Below are positions 26,405 to 39,487 of a DNA stretch of 64,000 bases, one piece after another (within the stretch, counting starts at the first letter, position 1; each line of letters begins with the position of its first letter). This DNA is from Octopus vulgaris. Lineage: Eukaryota. The stretch covers positions 38,812,001-38,876,000 of the forward strand of contig OX597833.1 of the NCBI GenBank assembly GCA_951406725.2. Direction: 5' to 3'. The notes under the pieces were generated by a model. It ran no database searches and was not told the origin of the DNA. It saw only the letters and a list, made by a program, of their open reading frames with translations. The position numbers were made by a program, and so were the translations under genes.

Positions 26405-26949
26405 ATGTAGGCACAGGCATGGCTGTGTAGTAAGAAGTTTATCTTCCCAACCACATGGTTCCAGATTCACCCCACCATCTCTCTTGCACACTCACACTCT
26501 TGCTCTTTCCCTTTGACTAGGTAACTATATCTCCTCTACAGTGACACACCTGTTTCTGTCTCTCTGTCGCAATGCAACCTTTCATACCTGTGACAAGGTT
26601 ACCTCTGTCAATGAACCCCCCCCACACACACACACACCTCTCAAAAGATCTTTGTCTTGCAAGTTACTTGGTAACCTCACTAGTATTGGTGCCACATAAA
26701 AAGCATTCAGCTGTAAAAACCATGTCAAAACTGACCTCACCAGTGCTGGTGTCATGTAAAAAGCACTCAGTCCACTCTGATGATGATGATGATGATGATG
26801 ATGTGTGTGTGCATGCCTGTGTTTGCTCCCTACCACTGCATCAGAAATGGTGTTGGTTTGTTTATGTCTCAATAACTTAGCAGTTCAAATACAAGACTAT
26901 TGGAATAAGTACCTGGCTATGTATATAAAAAAGAAAAAAATACTGGAGT

Positions 26950-27092
26950 CAATTCATTTGCCCCAGCATGGCCATTAATTGGCTCCAACATGTCCCTCAT
27001 TTGTCCCAGCATGGCCATCAATTTTCACCAACATGTCCATCATTTGCTCCAGCATGTCCATCAATTCATTTGTTCCAGTATGTCCATCATCC
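26950..27092. repeat. ~21-22 bp minisatellite (about 6 units) inside a SINE A tail
   Basis: Units of the form TCATTTGCYCCAGCATGKCCA. Confidence 0.85.
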
Positions 27093-28352
27093 AATGACTA
27101 AGCTGAGTAAAATGTGATATAATATATGTGTGTATGTGTGTGTATATATACACACACACACACACACATACCACACAGCAATTTTGGCCAAAATGCACAG
27201 TTGCAGTTTTTACATCACCACCACAACATTGGGAAGAGAAGGATGCTGAGTATTAGAAGCTGCACTACAGAAAGTTAGCCTGCAGATTTACTGTGCACAT
27301 GTGTAGGCCGTGGCACATCAACTCCCTAAACATACACATAAATACATGTGAAGACAAAGACACAAACACACAGATGCATACACACATGCAGGCATGTACA
27401 CACTGACACACGCATGCATGCAGATGAAGCAGACCAGGTCTAAAACTATGGTAACCAATGCAGATATTGGTTCCTTTTAAAGCATATATCAAATGAGGAA
27501 AGATTAAAATGTACGGCCAGTCTCTATCGAGATAAATAATGTATTTAAATTGCCAATTAACTAACAGAATACTGACATTTGTAAAGAACAAAAATAATAT
27601 ATTTGAAATATACAATACATATATATATATATAAATGCATAAACACACATATATCTAATATAGAAGATAAAATACACACACATGTATGTACTGATATACA
27701 CATCATAATATAACTATATAATACAAAATCAAACTTTGTTTTAACCATTCAATTAATAATGATTGATGTTGCTATTCTAGTTCAGGGTTTTGTTGTTTTC
27801 CTGTTTTATCTGCCTTTCCGTTTTCGTTTTTTTTTTTTTTTGGTTGGTTTTCGTTGTCTGCTTTTTCCCCTCCACCACAAATTTATTTATTTGTTTATTT
27901 ATTTATTTGTTCTCTTTCAAACATTTTGTAATTCATTTATTTTATTTTATTTTATTTTATTTTATTTTATTTTACTTTCTTCATATTTAGAGGTATTTAA
28001 TTTATTTGTTTGTTCTTTCAATTTAACTCTCTAATCATTGGATTCTTTTAAATCAAGAATGGTCTGAAAGCCTAATTATTGAAATTGAATTAATAATAAT
28101 AATGATGATGATGATGATGATTTCTTTTATTTGCCACCAGGGTGAAGGATGAATGGGGAAAATGCAAAGAGAGACAAAGTGTGAGTGTGTGTGGGTTATA
28201 TATAGTGAAATGATAAAAATAAAAGAAATAAAATAAAAAGGGGGGTATAATAATAATAATAATAACAACATACTGAAAGAGAGAGGAGGGAGAACGAAAG
28301 AAAGTTGTACTAAAGGGATGAGAATTGGAAACATTCACAGAATGTAGTTGAG

Positions 28353-28385
<33 letters not shown>

Positions 28386-28931
28386 TAAGGAAAACAGAAA
28401 GGGGTGCAAGGCAAATAGAGAAAAAATACTTCAAAGTGATTTTTTTTTCCATTTCATATTCGTTTTATGGTTTTGTGTTGTTGACTGAAAACTTGAGGGT
28501 TATATAAGATTTAAGAACAATGAGTATCAAAGCATTCATTGCTAATTAAATTTTGGCCACTTTTAAGTAATTACCATCATCAACACAAAATATACATCAT
28601 ATACATAAGTGTGAATGAGAGGGAGAGAAAGAGAATGTGTGCGTGAGAGAGAATGTGTGCATGAGAGAGAATGTGTGTGAGTAATATAGAGACATCATTT
28701 GGTTCTTTAATTGGTCTCAGTTGATGCACTGTGGCCATGTTGAAACACTGTCTTCAAGAGCTGGGTGAAGCATAACCTCCAATAACACTCATTTTGGTCT
28801 AGTAGTGTATACTTTTAATCAGTACATTTTAAACAAATACCCACATTTTGTATCTGAATGTACAATCACCTCCTAATCCGCCCACAAACTTCAGGCCTTG
28901 CACCTATAGTAGAAAAGATTAATATTATTTT

Positions 28932-29398
28932 TAAGGTGTTGACCGGGCAGAATCATTACTGCATTGGGCAAAATGTTTAGTGGCATTTGGTCCATCTTTA
29001 CATACTGGGCTTAAATGCCACCAAGGTCAACTTTGCCTTTCATCCTTTCGGGGTTGATAAAATAAGTACCAGTTGAATCCTGGGGATCGATCTAATTGAC
29101 TTACCCCTCCCCCGAAATAGCTAGCTTTAGGTCAAAACTCGAAACCATTATTATTATTACTATTATTATTATTATTATTATTATGATTAAGGTGGCGAAC
29201 TGACAAAATCGTTAGAACGTCAGGTAAAATGCTTAACAGTATTTCATCCATCTTTTACATTCTGAGTTCAAATTCTGCCAAGGTCAACTTTGGCTTTTGT
29301 CCTTTTGGGGTTGATAAATTTAAGTACCAATGAAACTCTGGGGTCGATGTAATCAACTAGTCCCCTCCTTGCAAATTTCAGGTCTTGTGTGGAAGAAT
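28932..29398 (+). mobile_element. Two tandem older SINE B-related copies
   Basis: Each has the GGTCAACTTTG(C/G)CTTT..GGGGTTGATAAA..AAGTACCA core and ends in an (ATT)n tail. Confidence 0.75.
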
Positions 29399-30016
29399 TA
29401 TTATTATAATTATTATTTTGCAATATCTATATGTCAAACTGCTAAGTTATGGGACTCAGAGGGCCACAACACACAGGCTTATACCTACTTCACTCACTAG
29501 GCATTAGTTGGCCCAGGGTTATAGCTGAAGAAACTTGTCCAAGGTTTCACAGAGTAGCACTGAACCTGAAACCCCATGGCTGAGAAGTAAACTTCTTAAA
29601 TGCGACTCACATTTATTATTCTACCCAATATGCAATACTTTGGAATCAGACCTAAACCACATGTTTGTGAATTGTACTTCTTAATCACATTATCCTAAAT
29701 ATTTATCTATCTATCGTCCCCATCATTTTAATGTCCACTTTTCCATGTTTGTATGTATCAGATAGAATCTGCTGAAGTGGATTTTCTATGGTCAGCTGTT
29801 TTTTCTGTCACCAACCTTTACCTGTTTCCAAGTAAGGTGATATTCGCCCATGACCAAACTTGTTTTTTACAGAAGATTGGAAATAAAAGACTCCACTTGT
29901 ATGGAAGTGTCACTTGTTTACAACTATCAGGTGATGTTAAGACATGTAACTCACTCTTGCACATACATACACAAATGCGCACATACACACACACGAGGGG
30001 CCTCTTTTCAGTTTCT

Positions 30017-30255
30017 TATTTCTTTATTGCCCACAAGGGGCTAAACATAGAGGGGACAAACAAGGACAGACAAAGGGATTAAGTCGATTACATCGACCCC
30101 AGTGCGCAACTGGTACTTTATTTATTGACCCTGAAAGGATGAAAGGCAAAGTCGACCTCGGCAGAATTTTAACTCAGAACGTAACAGCAGACGAAATACA
30201 GATAAGCATTTCGCCTGGCGTGCAAGCGTTTCTGCCAGCTCACCGCCTTCAAAAA
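30017..30255 (-). mobile_element. SINE family B with 22-bp TSD
   Basis: GAGGGGCCTCTTTTCAGTTTCT at 29995-30016 and 30256-30277. Confidence 0.88.
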
Positions 30256-32112
30256 GAGGGGCCTCTTTTCAGTTTCTACCTACCAGATCCGCTCACAAAT
30301 TCAAGACTTTACTACAAACTAGAATCAGTCTTCCTCTCCGTCTCAGCTAGTCAAATGTTAAAATGAAAATGAGCAGGTTGTTATCTACCATCTGATGCCC
30401 AGAACACAGAAAAGCAACAGGATACCAAGAAACCAGTGATTAATCAATTTCACCGCCAAGATTTCTTCCAACAAGAAATAATACTGGTATTAACAAGACC
30501 ATTGATTGTATTCACTAATGCATCAAAGAATAAGCACGAGATGTCTGGAAAAGACAAATCCTGAAAATCCAGAAATCAGATCTAAAACAAGTCCCTTGTT
30601 TTTAACAGAACAGTCTGAAACAGATAAGGAACCTCTTCACCACTGTTGTTGCATTAGAGAGTGAGATGAGGAGACGCTAATGGAGAACAGGAGCAAATGT
30701 GGAAAATGTAAATTAAGAGGAAAACTACAGAAGCAAGATGAAAAGAGAGGCAGACAGAGCAAGAAAGACTTGCTCGAGAGAGAGAGAGGGGGGGAGAGCG
30801 AGAATATCAAACATATTTAAATTCTGTCTGACCCATGCAAGCATGGAAAAGGGGATGTTAAAACAAAATATATGTGTGTGTGTGTGTGTGTGTGTGTAAG
30901 TAGGGGTGAGGGGAGAGGCATACACAGAGACAGAAAACAGCAAACTCTAAGGACACAAAAGTTTGCAGCAAAAAGAGAGATGGAAAGAGAGGTGGGGAGA
31001 GAAAGAGAAGTAGAAAAAGGAAATAAGCAGAAAGCAGAGGTTGGAGACAGAGAGAAACAGACGGAGAATGTAGAACATTTACAATAGTTTGACAAAGAAA
31101 CAAGAATGAGTATGTGTGTGCATACACAGACACATACTTGTTCATATACATTTAAGACTTCCACCCCCATTCCAATCCCCACTATACACCAGAAGGTTGC
31201 AAAGTAATCCAGGAACATGATGGCAACAATATCAAAAGTTACCGGTTCCCAAGAGCCAGATATTCAAACCGATTACTTTTATGACTGGTTCTTCATTTCG
31301 GTTTGTTGATTCCGGAAGACAAAGCAAAGATGGCATGACCAGTAAGTAGAGAATAAACTTGCAAAATATTCTTTACTTTTTATATATATTTATGTATTTA
31401 TTTACTATTGTATTGTTTTTTTTTATATTTCTCTAGTTTTTGTCAAACCTTTTAAACACAAGTGGATTTAGCTTTTATTTATTTACCAACTTATTTATTA
31501 CTATTATTATTATTATTATTTATATTATAATTTTGCAAAGAGGTATAAAAATTCATTATTTTTTTTTTTATATCTCCCCTGATGAAATATGACACACATC
31601 CACTTGAGCACATGTACACTAGTGCACATTCACACACTGAAACTGTACCAACACAATTCAACACACTCTAATACTGATAATAATTTGCACACCTTCATAT
31701 ACAACCGATATCAACATATACTACTGAACACAAAGAAACCTATACACATACACACACACACCTAGAAATACAACATTGGACATACAAATTTCAAAAGAGG
31801 CTGTATTCCATTCTGTATTCAAATATAAGTAAACAACACAATTAAATAGATCAAAAGGCAAACACACACATATACATATATGGGTGGGGTACAGTACAAA
31901 TGGGACGTATAGAACTCAATACATAAAGTAGAGTGCTTATACTATTTTATTATAGGTTGGAAGCTACATCAGTGACTCAAGAGTCATGCAAGAAAAGTTT
32001 GTCCGCATGAACTGCTTGGCCCAGCAATAATACGTGTGTGTGTGTGTGTGTGTATCAATGTTTTAATGTCAACTTTTCTATTCTTGCATGAGTTGTATGA
32101 AATTTGTGTATA

Positions 32113-33005
32113 TCTATAAACTATTAAAAGTGAAGTTCAATCTTGCTTGCTTGCAATGTTACACAACCAAACTGGCGCATAATGGGAAAATACTTTGAAA
32201 GTAATATGCCCCTGAAATGTGAATACGAATAGAATAAAAAAAGTTTAGTGTAAATCAGACCAGTATTTAGAGATATTTGGTGTTTTTGGGATATAAATAC
32301 CAAAAATAGTGCATAAAGGCAAAATACTCCAAAAATAACTTCACCCTGAAGGGAAGAAACTCTAACCTTTCCATTAGATACATTATGATAGGCAAAATAT
32401 TTTTAAGCGAAAATCAAAGATTTGGCTGCTATTTCTGGCATGCCCTGCCACCATGTAACAGCTATTTGCGAGAAAGGACCCAAAATACCTGTTTCACGGT
32501 AGCAGGGCATGCAAGAAATGGCAGCCAAATGTTTCCTTTTCTGGGGAAAGGAGCCATTTACGTGTGATTTCAATGTCACATTCATTGAATATGATGGGCA
32601 AAATATTTTTCAGTGAAAATAACTTAAAAAATATAATAAATATTTTGTAAAAGACCCGTTTGTAACCTCAGTGTGAAATAATTTCTTTCTATAAGTTTCT
32701 TTCGAGTGCATTCAAAGTATCTCACCTCCCAAGATTTGGCTGTTATTTCTAGCATACCCTGCCATCATGTAACAGCTATTTGCGATAAAGGACCCGAAAT
32801 ACCAGTTACATGGTAGCAGGATGTGCAAGAAATAGCAGTCAAATCTTCCCTTTTCTGAGGAAAGGAACTGTTTACTTGTGATTTTGATGTCACATTCGTT
32901 GAAAGCATGCAGAACAAAACATGGAAAAAAAAACTCACGAAACAAAATCCCATTGCTGGGAAACTTAAACTTCCCTGATGACCCAATGGTTCACGGGTAG
33001 TCTGG
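32113..33005 (+). mobile_element. Non-autonomous Helitron with two internal long hairpins
   Basis: 5' end A|TCTATAAACTATTAAAAG. 3' hairpin TGACCCAATGGTTCA followed by CTGG|T (CTRR). Confidence 0.75.
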
Positions 33006-33060
33006 TATATATATATATATATGTAGGTGAAAAATTAATGAGTGCATGTATTACATAAAT

Positions 33061-33395
33061 ATTTTCAGGATTAAATGTGAAGACAACAAATGGAAAATAT
33101 GACATACCTATATACATAATTTTTTAAAATGTGTAGTAAATAAACAAACAAACATATACTAAATACACAGGTGAACAGAAATCACAGAAGGTCACCAATT
33201 CTTCATCAGTTATTGGCCAGAGGGTCAAACACAATTTCAGCCATTATCAATAATGGCTGAAGAATTGGTGACCTGTGTTTTCTGTTTGCCTGTGTATTTA
33301 GTATATGTCCATTTATTTATTTACTACACATTTTTATGAAATATATATATAGGTATATTATCCATTTGTTGTCTTCACATTTAACCCTGAAAAAT
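33061..33395. repeat. Foldback inverted repeat with ~150-bp arms (MITE-like)
   Basis: TTTTCAGGATTAAATGTGAAGACAACAAATGGA pairs with TCCATTTGTTGTCTTCACATTTAACCCTGAAAA. The inner AGGTCACCAATTCTTCA pairs with TGAAGAATTGGTGACCT. Confidence 0.88.
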
Positions 33396-34272
33396 GAAAA
33401 ATATATATATATACAACAAGCAAGTGTATTAGTTTGATGCTCGGGAAAAATGGAAAAGTCTTTTATGCTTTGAGCCTACGCTCTTCAACAGAAAGCAATA
33501 AGAGGAAATGAAAATAAAAAGATGTTGAGTTCTGTGGTCCAACACACACTCACACACATATATATCATTCAATGTCCACTTTCCATGCTGACATGGGTTA
33601 GATGGCTTGACAGGAGCTGATAAGGGTGGGGTCTGCATCAGACTCCATTGTCTGTTCTGGCATGGTTTCTATGGCTGGATGCCCTTCCTAATGCCAACCA
33701 CTTTACAGAGTGTACTGACTGTACAAACCTAAAATCAAAGATGACCCAGTCTCTTTTATTCAGTCTCGATATATTTGCAATTACATAATCCAATGTGTTC
33801 TTCATTGTTTTATGAAGGTAGAGTATCACATGAGGAAAATTATGCTGCCATTTCCAGCAGGTTGAATGACCAACATGGAAATTTCCTTGTTGGCTCATTT
33901 ATTAGAATATTGTTAGCCTGCCAACACAACATGATGTAATAAATAAATAAATTAGCATTATTGCACAATAATACTGATGACTGATGCTGAGAGAGCTTTA
34001 AAATTTTACAAAATGCAATTCATTTTAAAATCGAGATTAATGAAGCTAGCTGGGTAATCTTGAAGTATGCTACAATGAATATCTAACTTCAAAACAATTA
34101 TTGTGAATACTTTGGATTTACGCAGCTGTGGTTAAATGTCACCTTAACATACATATACATTCTTTAGAGAAGCTCTGAGCGTCAGTACATTTCTATAATA
34201 CTGGCAATATAGCCACAAAATACTGACCTCATTAAAACATACATATATATATGAATGTATTTACTTAAGAGG

Positions 34273-34606
34273 AGGACAATGGTAGAGAAACTAGCCAAAG
34301 AGTGGAGATAATATCTATACTTAGTGAAGTATACACACATATATCTATAAACATATGCACAGGCGTGGCTATGAGGCAAGAAGTTTGCTTTTCAACCACA
34401 TGGTTCTGGGTTCAGCACCTTGGGCAAGTGTCTTCTATTAGGACAATGGTAGAGAAACTAGCCAAAGAGTGGAAATAATATCTATACTTAGTGAAGTATA
34501 CACACATATATCTATAAACATATGCGCAGGCGTGGCTATGAGGCAAGAAGTTTGCTTTTCAACCACATGGTTCTGGGTTCAGCACCTTGGGCAAGTGTCT
34601 TCTATT
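34273..34606. repeat. Near-perfect 167-bp tandem duplication covering flank and SINE A head
   Basis: AGGACAATGGTAGAGAAACTAGCC... starts at both 34273 and 34440. Confidence 0.95.
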
Positions 34607-34778
34607 AGGCTGACCAAAGCCTTGTAAGTGGATTTGGTCGATGGAAACTGAAAGGAGCCCGTTGTATGCGTGTGTATCTATCTATCTATCTATCTATATA
34701 TATATATATATATATAAATAAAGTAAAAACTTACTGTGGACAAGGCTGCATGGCATTCGATTATAAATAAATATAAAA

Positions 34779-35085
34779 TACATCAAGTACAGGACATCAC
34801 CAACAAGTGAAAATTACATAGACACACGAGCGATAGGTACAGGACAAATTACCAAAAAATATACCATAAGAGCAGGACATCACCAACAAGTGAAAAATAC
34901 ATAAATATATAATAAGAGAAAAGTACAGGACAGTCCCGTACTTGTCTTTCATTATATATTTATGTATTTTTCACTCGTTGGTGATGTCCTGTTCTTATGG
35001 TATATTTTTTGGTAATTTGTCCTGTACTTATCGCTCGTGTGTCTATGTAATTTTCACTTGTTGGTGATGTCCTGTACCTGATGTA
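34779..35085. repeat. 307-bp near-perfect palindrome inside SINE A (~34520-35320)
   Basis: The arms are reverse complements around AAGTACAGGACAGTCCCGTACTT (centre about 34932). Confidence 0.95.
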
Positions 35086-35348
35086 TGTATGTATGTATCT
35101 ATGTATGTCTATCTGTTTGTCACCCCATCACATCTTGTCAACTAGTGCTGGTGTGTTTATGTTCCCGTAACCTAGCAGTTCAGTAAAAGAGACTGATAGA
35201 ATAAGCATTGGGTTTAAAAAATTAAGTCCTGGGGTTGATTTATCTGACTAAAAACCCTTCAAGGCAGTGCTCCATCATGGCTGCAGTCAAATGACTGAAA
35301 CAAGTCAAAGAATAAAAGAATATGTATACAGACAAATACCTATAGATG

Positions 35349-35417
<69 letters not shown>

Positions 35418-37429
35418 TCGAACTGCACCCTTCAAAACTTGCACTGTGAATAAGTACAAGGTAAAATTACTACCTGCTTTTATAGCAAGTCGATGCAGGT
35501 AATTTATCCCGTCCCCCTCTGACTTTTAGTTCATGCAATTGAAAAAAACCGCATTATTTATAGGATGATGCAATACATACATGCATAAGCACATAAATGT
35601 CTTTTACAAGGTAGATTACAAGGGGTTCTGTGAGTCACCATGAACATTGAAATCATGAAAACAAGGAAAACATATTTTTAATGATATTATTCATTTAAAA
35701 GTAAATTCAAACAATACAACATAGCCTGTACTATTAAAAAGCTACTTGTTGAAGACTATTTGCTAGTTTTGTTAAAGGTGCTACTTACAACTAACAGGCT
35801 GCATTGTTAATGGCTATATACTACCACTACTGAAATGAAAAACTCATGTGTCAAAATAGTACACAAGGTTTTGCTTCTTTATATGACTGCTTCTATGTGA
35901 ATATGTTGTATATTCATATATCAACAATATATGTAGATGTATTTGTATCTATTTCACTGTCTGTTGTCTATATGGGTAGATTTATTAAGCTATAAAGAAT
36001 GTTCTATTGAATACAGTGTGTGAACAGTCAAAAGTGTTATGTCATATGCACACGTATAGTATATTGTCATTCTTAAGTGGCGCCTTTTATTTTGGTAGTA
36101 AACTGGTAGAATCATCACCACACTGGACCAAATCTATCATGGTTGACTTTGTCCTTTAGTTTTTCAAGGTCAATAAAATAAGTACCAGTTGAGCACTGGT
36201 GTTGATGTAATCAACTCCCTGCCTTCAAAAATCCTGTACCAAAATTAGAAAGAGTTATTCAGACATAAATATATATGTACAAATACACGCATGTGCACAC
36301 ACACACACACAGTGACCATGGATTAAATTTTGAACATAGTCATTTTCTCATCGCAAGCACATACCTGTAACAGCTTTGATAGCATTTCTATCATGAACCC
36401 TCAAATGACTATACAGCCCTGATTTTGTTTAAAATTTTCGTGTGAAAAATGTAGCCCATAATTTAGTCAAGAACCCCACCAACAACAATTCCACTTTTTC
36501 TCCATTCAAACCCACTTTTGCACATAAAAGAAAATCAGAGCTCTTCTTGTTATGGCAACTGTATGCATATATGCATCTCATGTTGATCTCCCAAGATGTG
36601 ATCTTCCACGGATGAGAAATCCAGTTTTTGAGAGTGTAAAGTGATCACATAGTGTACAGGTGAGAATATCTATGGACCCTTTAATATTCAAAGCTTCAAC
36701 ATTCTGCAGTTACCAAGCATTATGCACCACTATTTCATGGGTAATTCAAATTTTCTCAAAGTGCAAGCTATTGGTCCTCTTTATAAACCACCATTCACTT
36801 CTTGATGTTTAACCCTTTAGCGTTCAGTTTACTCTGTCAAATGTAGATGTCAATCGTGATTGTAAATTTTTGGAATGACATTACAGTGTAGGTGTGAGAG
36901 ACAGGATCTGGCTGGTTTGAACACAAAACAGGTAAAGTATATGAGTCAGATGAAGCTGGTTTTTGTGACATCATGACATCTCAATTTTGATTTGTACTGG
37001 ATATGTTTAACAAGAAATAATACTCCATGAAGTAATTGCTTTAGAAGCCTGACAAAACCTCAAGATGCATGACATGACCAGCCTAGAGCAAACCTGTCAT
37101 ACTAAACAGCTTTCTTTTACCTACACTTATGTGTCAGGTGTAAAAGATTTCCAACCTGATATTTAACCCTTTTTGTCATTCTGATTATTCTCTCAAATTT
37201 AATGCTTATTTATTTACATTGTTTTTGAATGAACCATGCATTATCTCATAGCTTTGAGACTGCAATAACATGACTGTTTATTTTTAGAATGGTATCGTAG
37301 GGTAAGTGTGAGAAGCCAGATCTGACCAGCTTGAACATAAAACAGGTAGAGTATTTGGGCTGGATACAGCCAGTTTTAAAATGAATAGGTTAATAAATGC
37401 CTTCCATATTTCTAGTGAAATCTCTCCAG

Positions 37430-37900
37430 TTCTTTGATATGGTGACCATGTCTTAAATGGATATAACAGGACTGTGATGATGCAAATATCATAGATGCAA
37501 AGTCTGGTGGACAGTTTCAAGTCCATCAGATCAGAAACATTTCTCCAGTACCAAATACAATCTAAAACTTCTCAATCTTCAATTTGATCTCAGAAATAAT
37601 GGTGGTGGTGGTGGTGGAGTTGCATCCCTGGAGATAGAGCTACTAAGATACACAAAAGAACTCACTAAATCAAGTCTGGTATCTTGATTCAACATGGATC
37701 ACTTCTGGAGCAGGTGCAACCATCATCTTACTCTTCTGCAGATTTATTCCAAGTTTCAAAGCAATACAAGGATTGGAGATGAGGTTTGTTATTTTCTGAA
37801 TATCTTGCTTTGAGTAAGCAACAGAGCCACAATTATCAGCATGCAACATATCATGTGCTTTGTTTAACATTCTCTTCTGTTGGCAGTCATTAAAGTTGTT
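37430..37900 (-). mobile_element. RTE-like reverse transcriptase remnant
   Basis: DMLHADNCGSVAYSKQDIQKITN..LGINLQKSKMM is a degenerate YADD region. It is followed by LKLSTRLCIY..TVLLY..TW. Confidence 0.7.
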
Positions 37901-39069
37901 GATCCAATCCAGTAAGCTATCAATCTTATACAAATGCACACTCATGCATTGAACAGAAACAGAGACAAATAAACACAAGGAAACGGTGCAAAAGCACACA
38001 CATATTCAGGGCTATAGTAAAAGATGCTTCTGCTAGATTCCACAAGGTGGGAATGAACCCAGGACCTGACAGTTGTGAGGCAAACTTCTCAACCATTCGG
38101 CCATACACATATATTTATACATAAATATACACATGCATTGATTTAGGTGCAAATATAAACTGAAACACACACACATACATGTACATATATGTGTATATAC
38201 TTGTATATATGTAGACACACCCACATTTGTCTACATGTGTATATACAAACACAGAACTACACCTGAGCTAGAAGTTAGAATGAAGTGCAATATGAGAATA
38301 TATGGCTATAACTAGCTTCATGAAATATTAAATTTCTAAAATGATTTAAGAATAACAACAGTTTCAAATGACAGGACAAAGTATTCTGACAGAAATGGAT
38401 AAACTCTGTGTGTGGGGGGATGAAGGGGGTGACTAAGAACTACATGATAGAAAACAATGTATTATTAAGAGAAGGATAAATTATACAAACTAATGTGTGT
38501 GTATGTGCTAGAGAAGAAAGAGAATGTTTATGTATGATACATAATATGCTTGTAAGAAGAAGAGTACTTCTAAATGATAGAACAAGGTGATCAGACAACT
38601 ATAAACTATACTAGTGTGTGTGTGTGTAAGACTATGGTGCAATAAAATGTGGTAACACCTGTAGAAGAACTGTTCCATGATTTATATAATCTTTGTTAAT
38701 GTCTTCTAATTTAACATAAAGGGATTTGACTACTGTCTGTTTTTATTGCTTTGTGTGTATATGTGTCTCTATATGAATATGCCTGTACCCTGGTTAACCC
38801 TCGACAGACAGTTGTATGACTGGTTATGTCTGTGTTTTTCATATCTGGAGAGTCCATGAATGCATGCTTGTGTGTGTTTGTATGTGTGTACATTAACTCT
38901 CTGTGGAAACTGTGTGTTTATGCAGATAATGAACAGGGCTTTAATTTCTGTTTTACAAATCATAAATGAGAGATGCATCTTCCCACTAGATAGGATGTGA
39001 CATTATTTCAAGCTAACATTGCCAGATAGTTTGGTATCTGTTTCTCAAGACAGCTAAGTGAACTCAAAA

Positions 39070-39487
39070 TAAGTGGTGCAGTACCAACATAGTCAACTGC
39101 TACAAAGGTAAAGGTGATGCATTAGATAGGAATAATTACAGAGGTATCAAGTTGTTGGATCAGGTAATGAAAGTCATGGAGAAAGTCATAGCCCAACTAA
39201 TTAGGGAGAGAGTCAGTCTAGATGAGATGCAGTTTGGGTTTGTGCCAGGGAAAAGACAGCTGCAGGAGAAATACGTAGCCAAAGATAAACCTTTGTACCT
39301 GGCCCTTGTTGACATGGAGAAAGCCTTTGACAGGGTTCCCTGATCTGTTGGTAAATGCAGAAATTAGGGATAGATGAGTGGTTAGTGAGAGCTGTACAAG
39401 CCATGTACAGGGATGCTGTCAGTAAGGTGAGGGTTGGCAACGAGTACAGTGAAGAATTCCGGGTAGGGATAGGGGTCCACCAAGGAT
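39070..39487 (+). mobile_element. RTE-clade LINE reverse transcriptase fragment
   Basis: YKGKGDALDRNNYRGIKLL..DEMQFGFVPG..LQEKY..LALVDMEKAFDRVP..GVHQGS covers the N-terminal RT motifs. Confidence 0.92.

Noticed and set aside
26950-27092. CRISPR-like repeats (also 57960-58262)
   Set aside because: There are no unique spacers or cas genes, and the context is eukaryotic. These are ordinary minisatellites.
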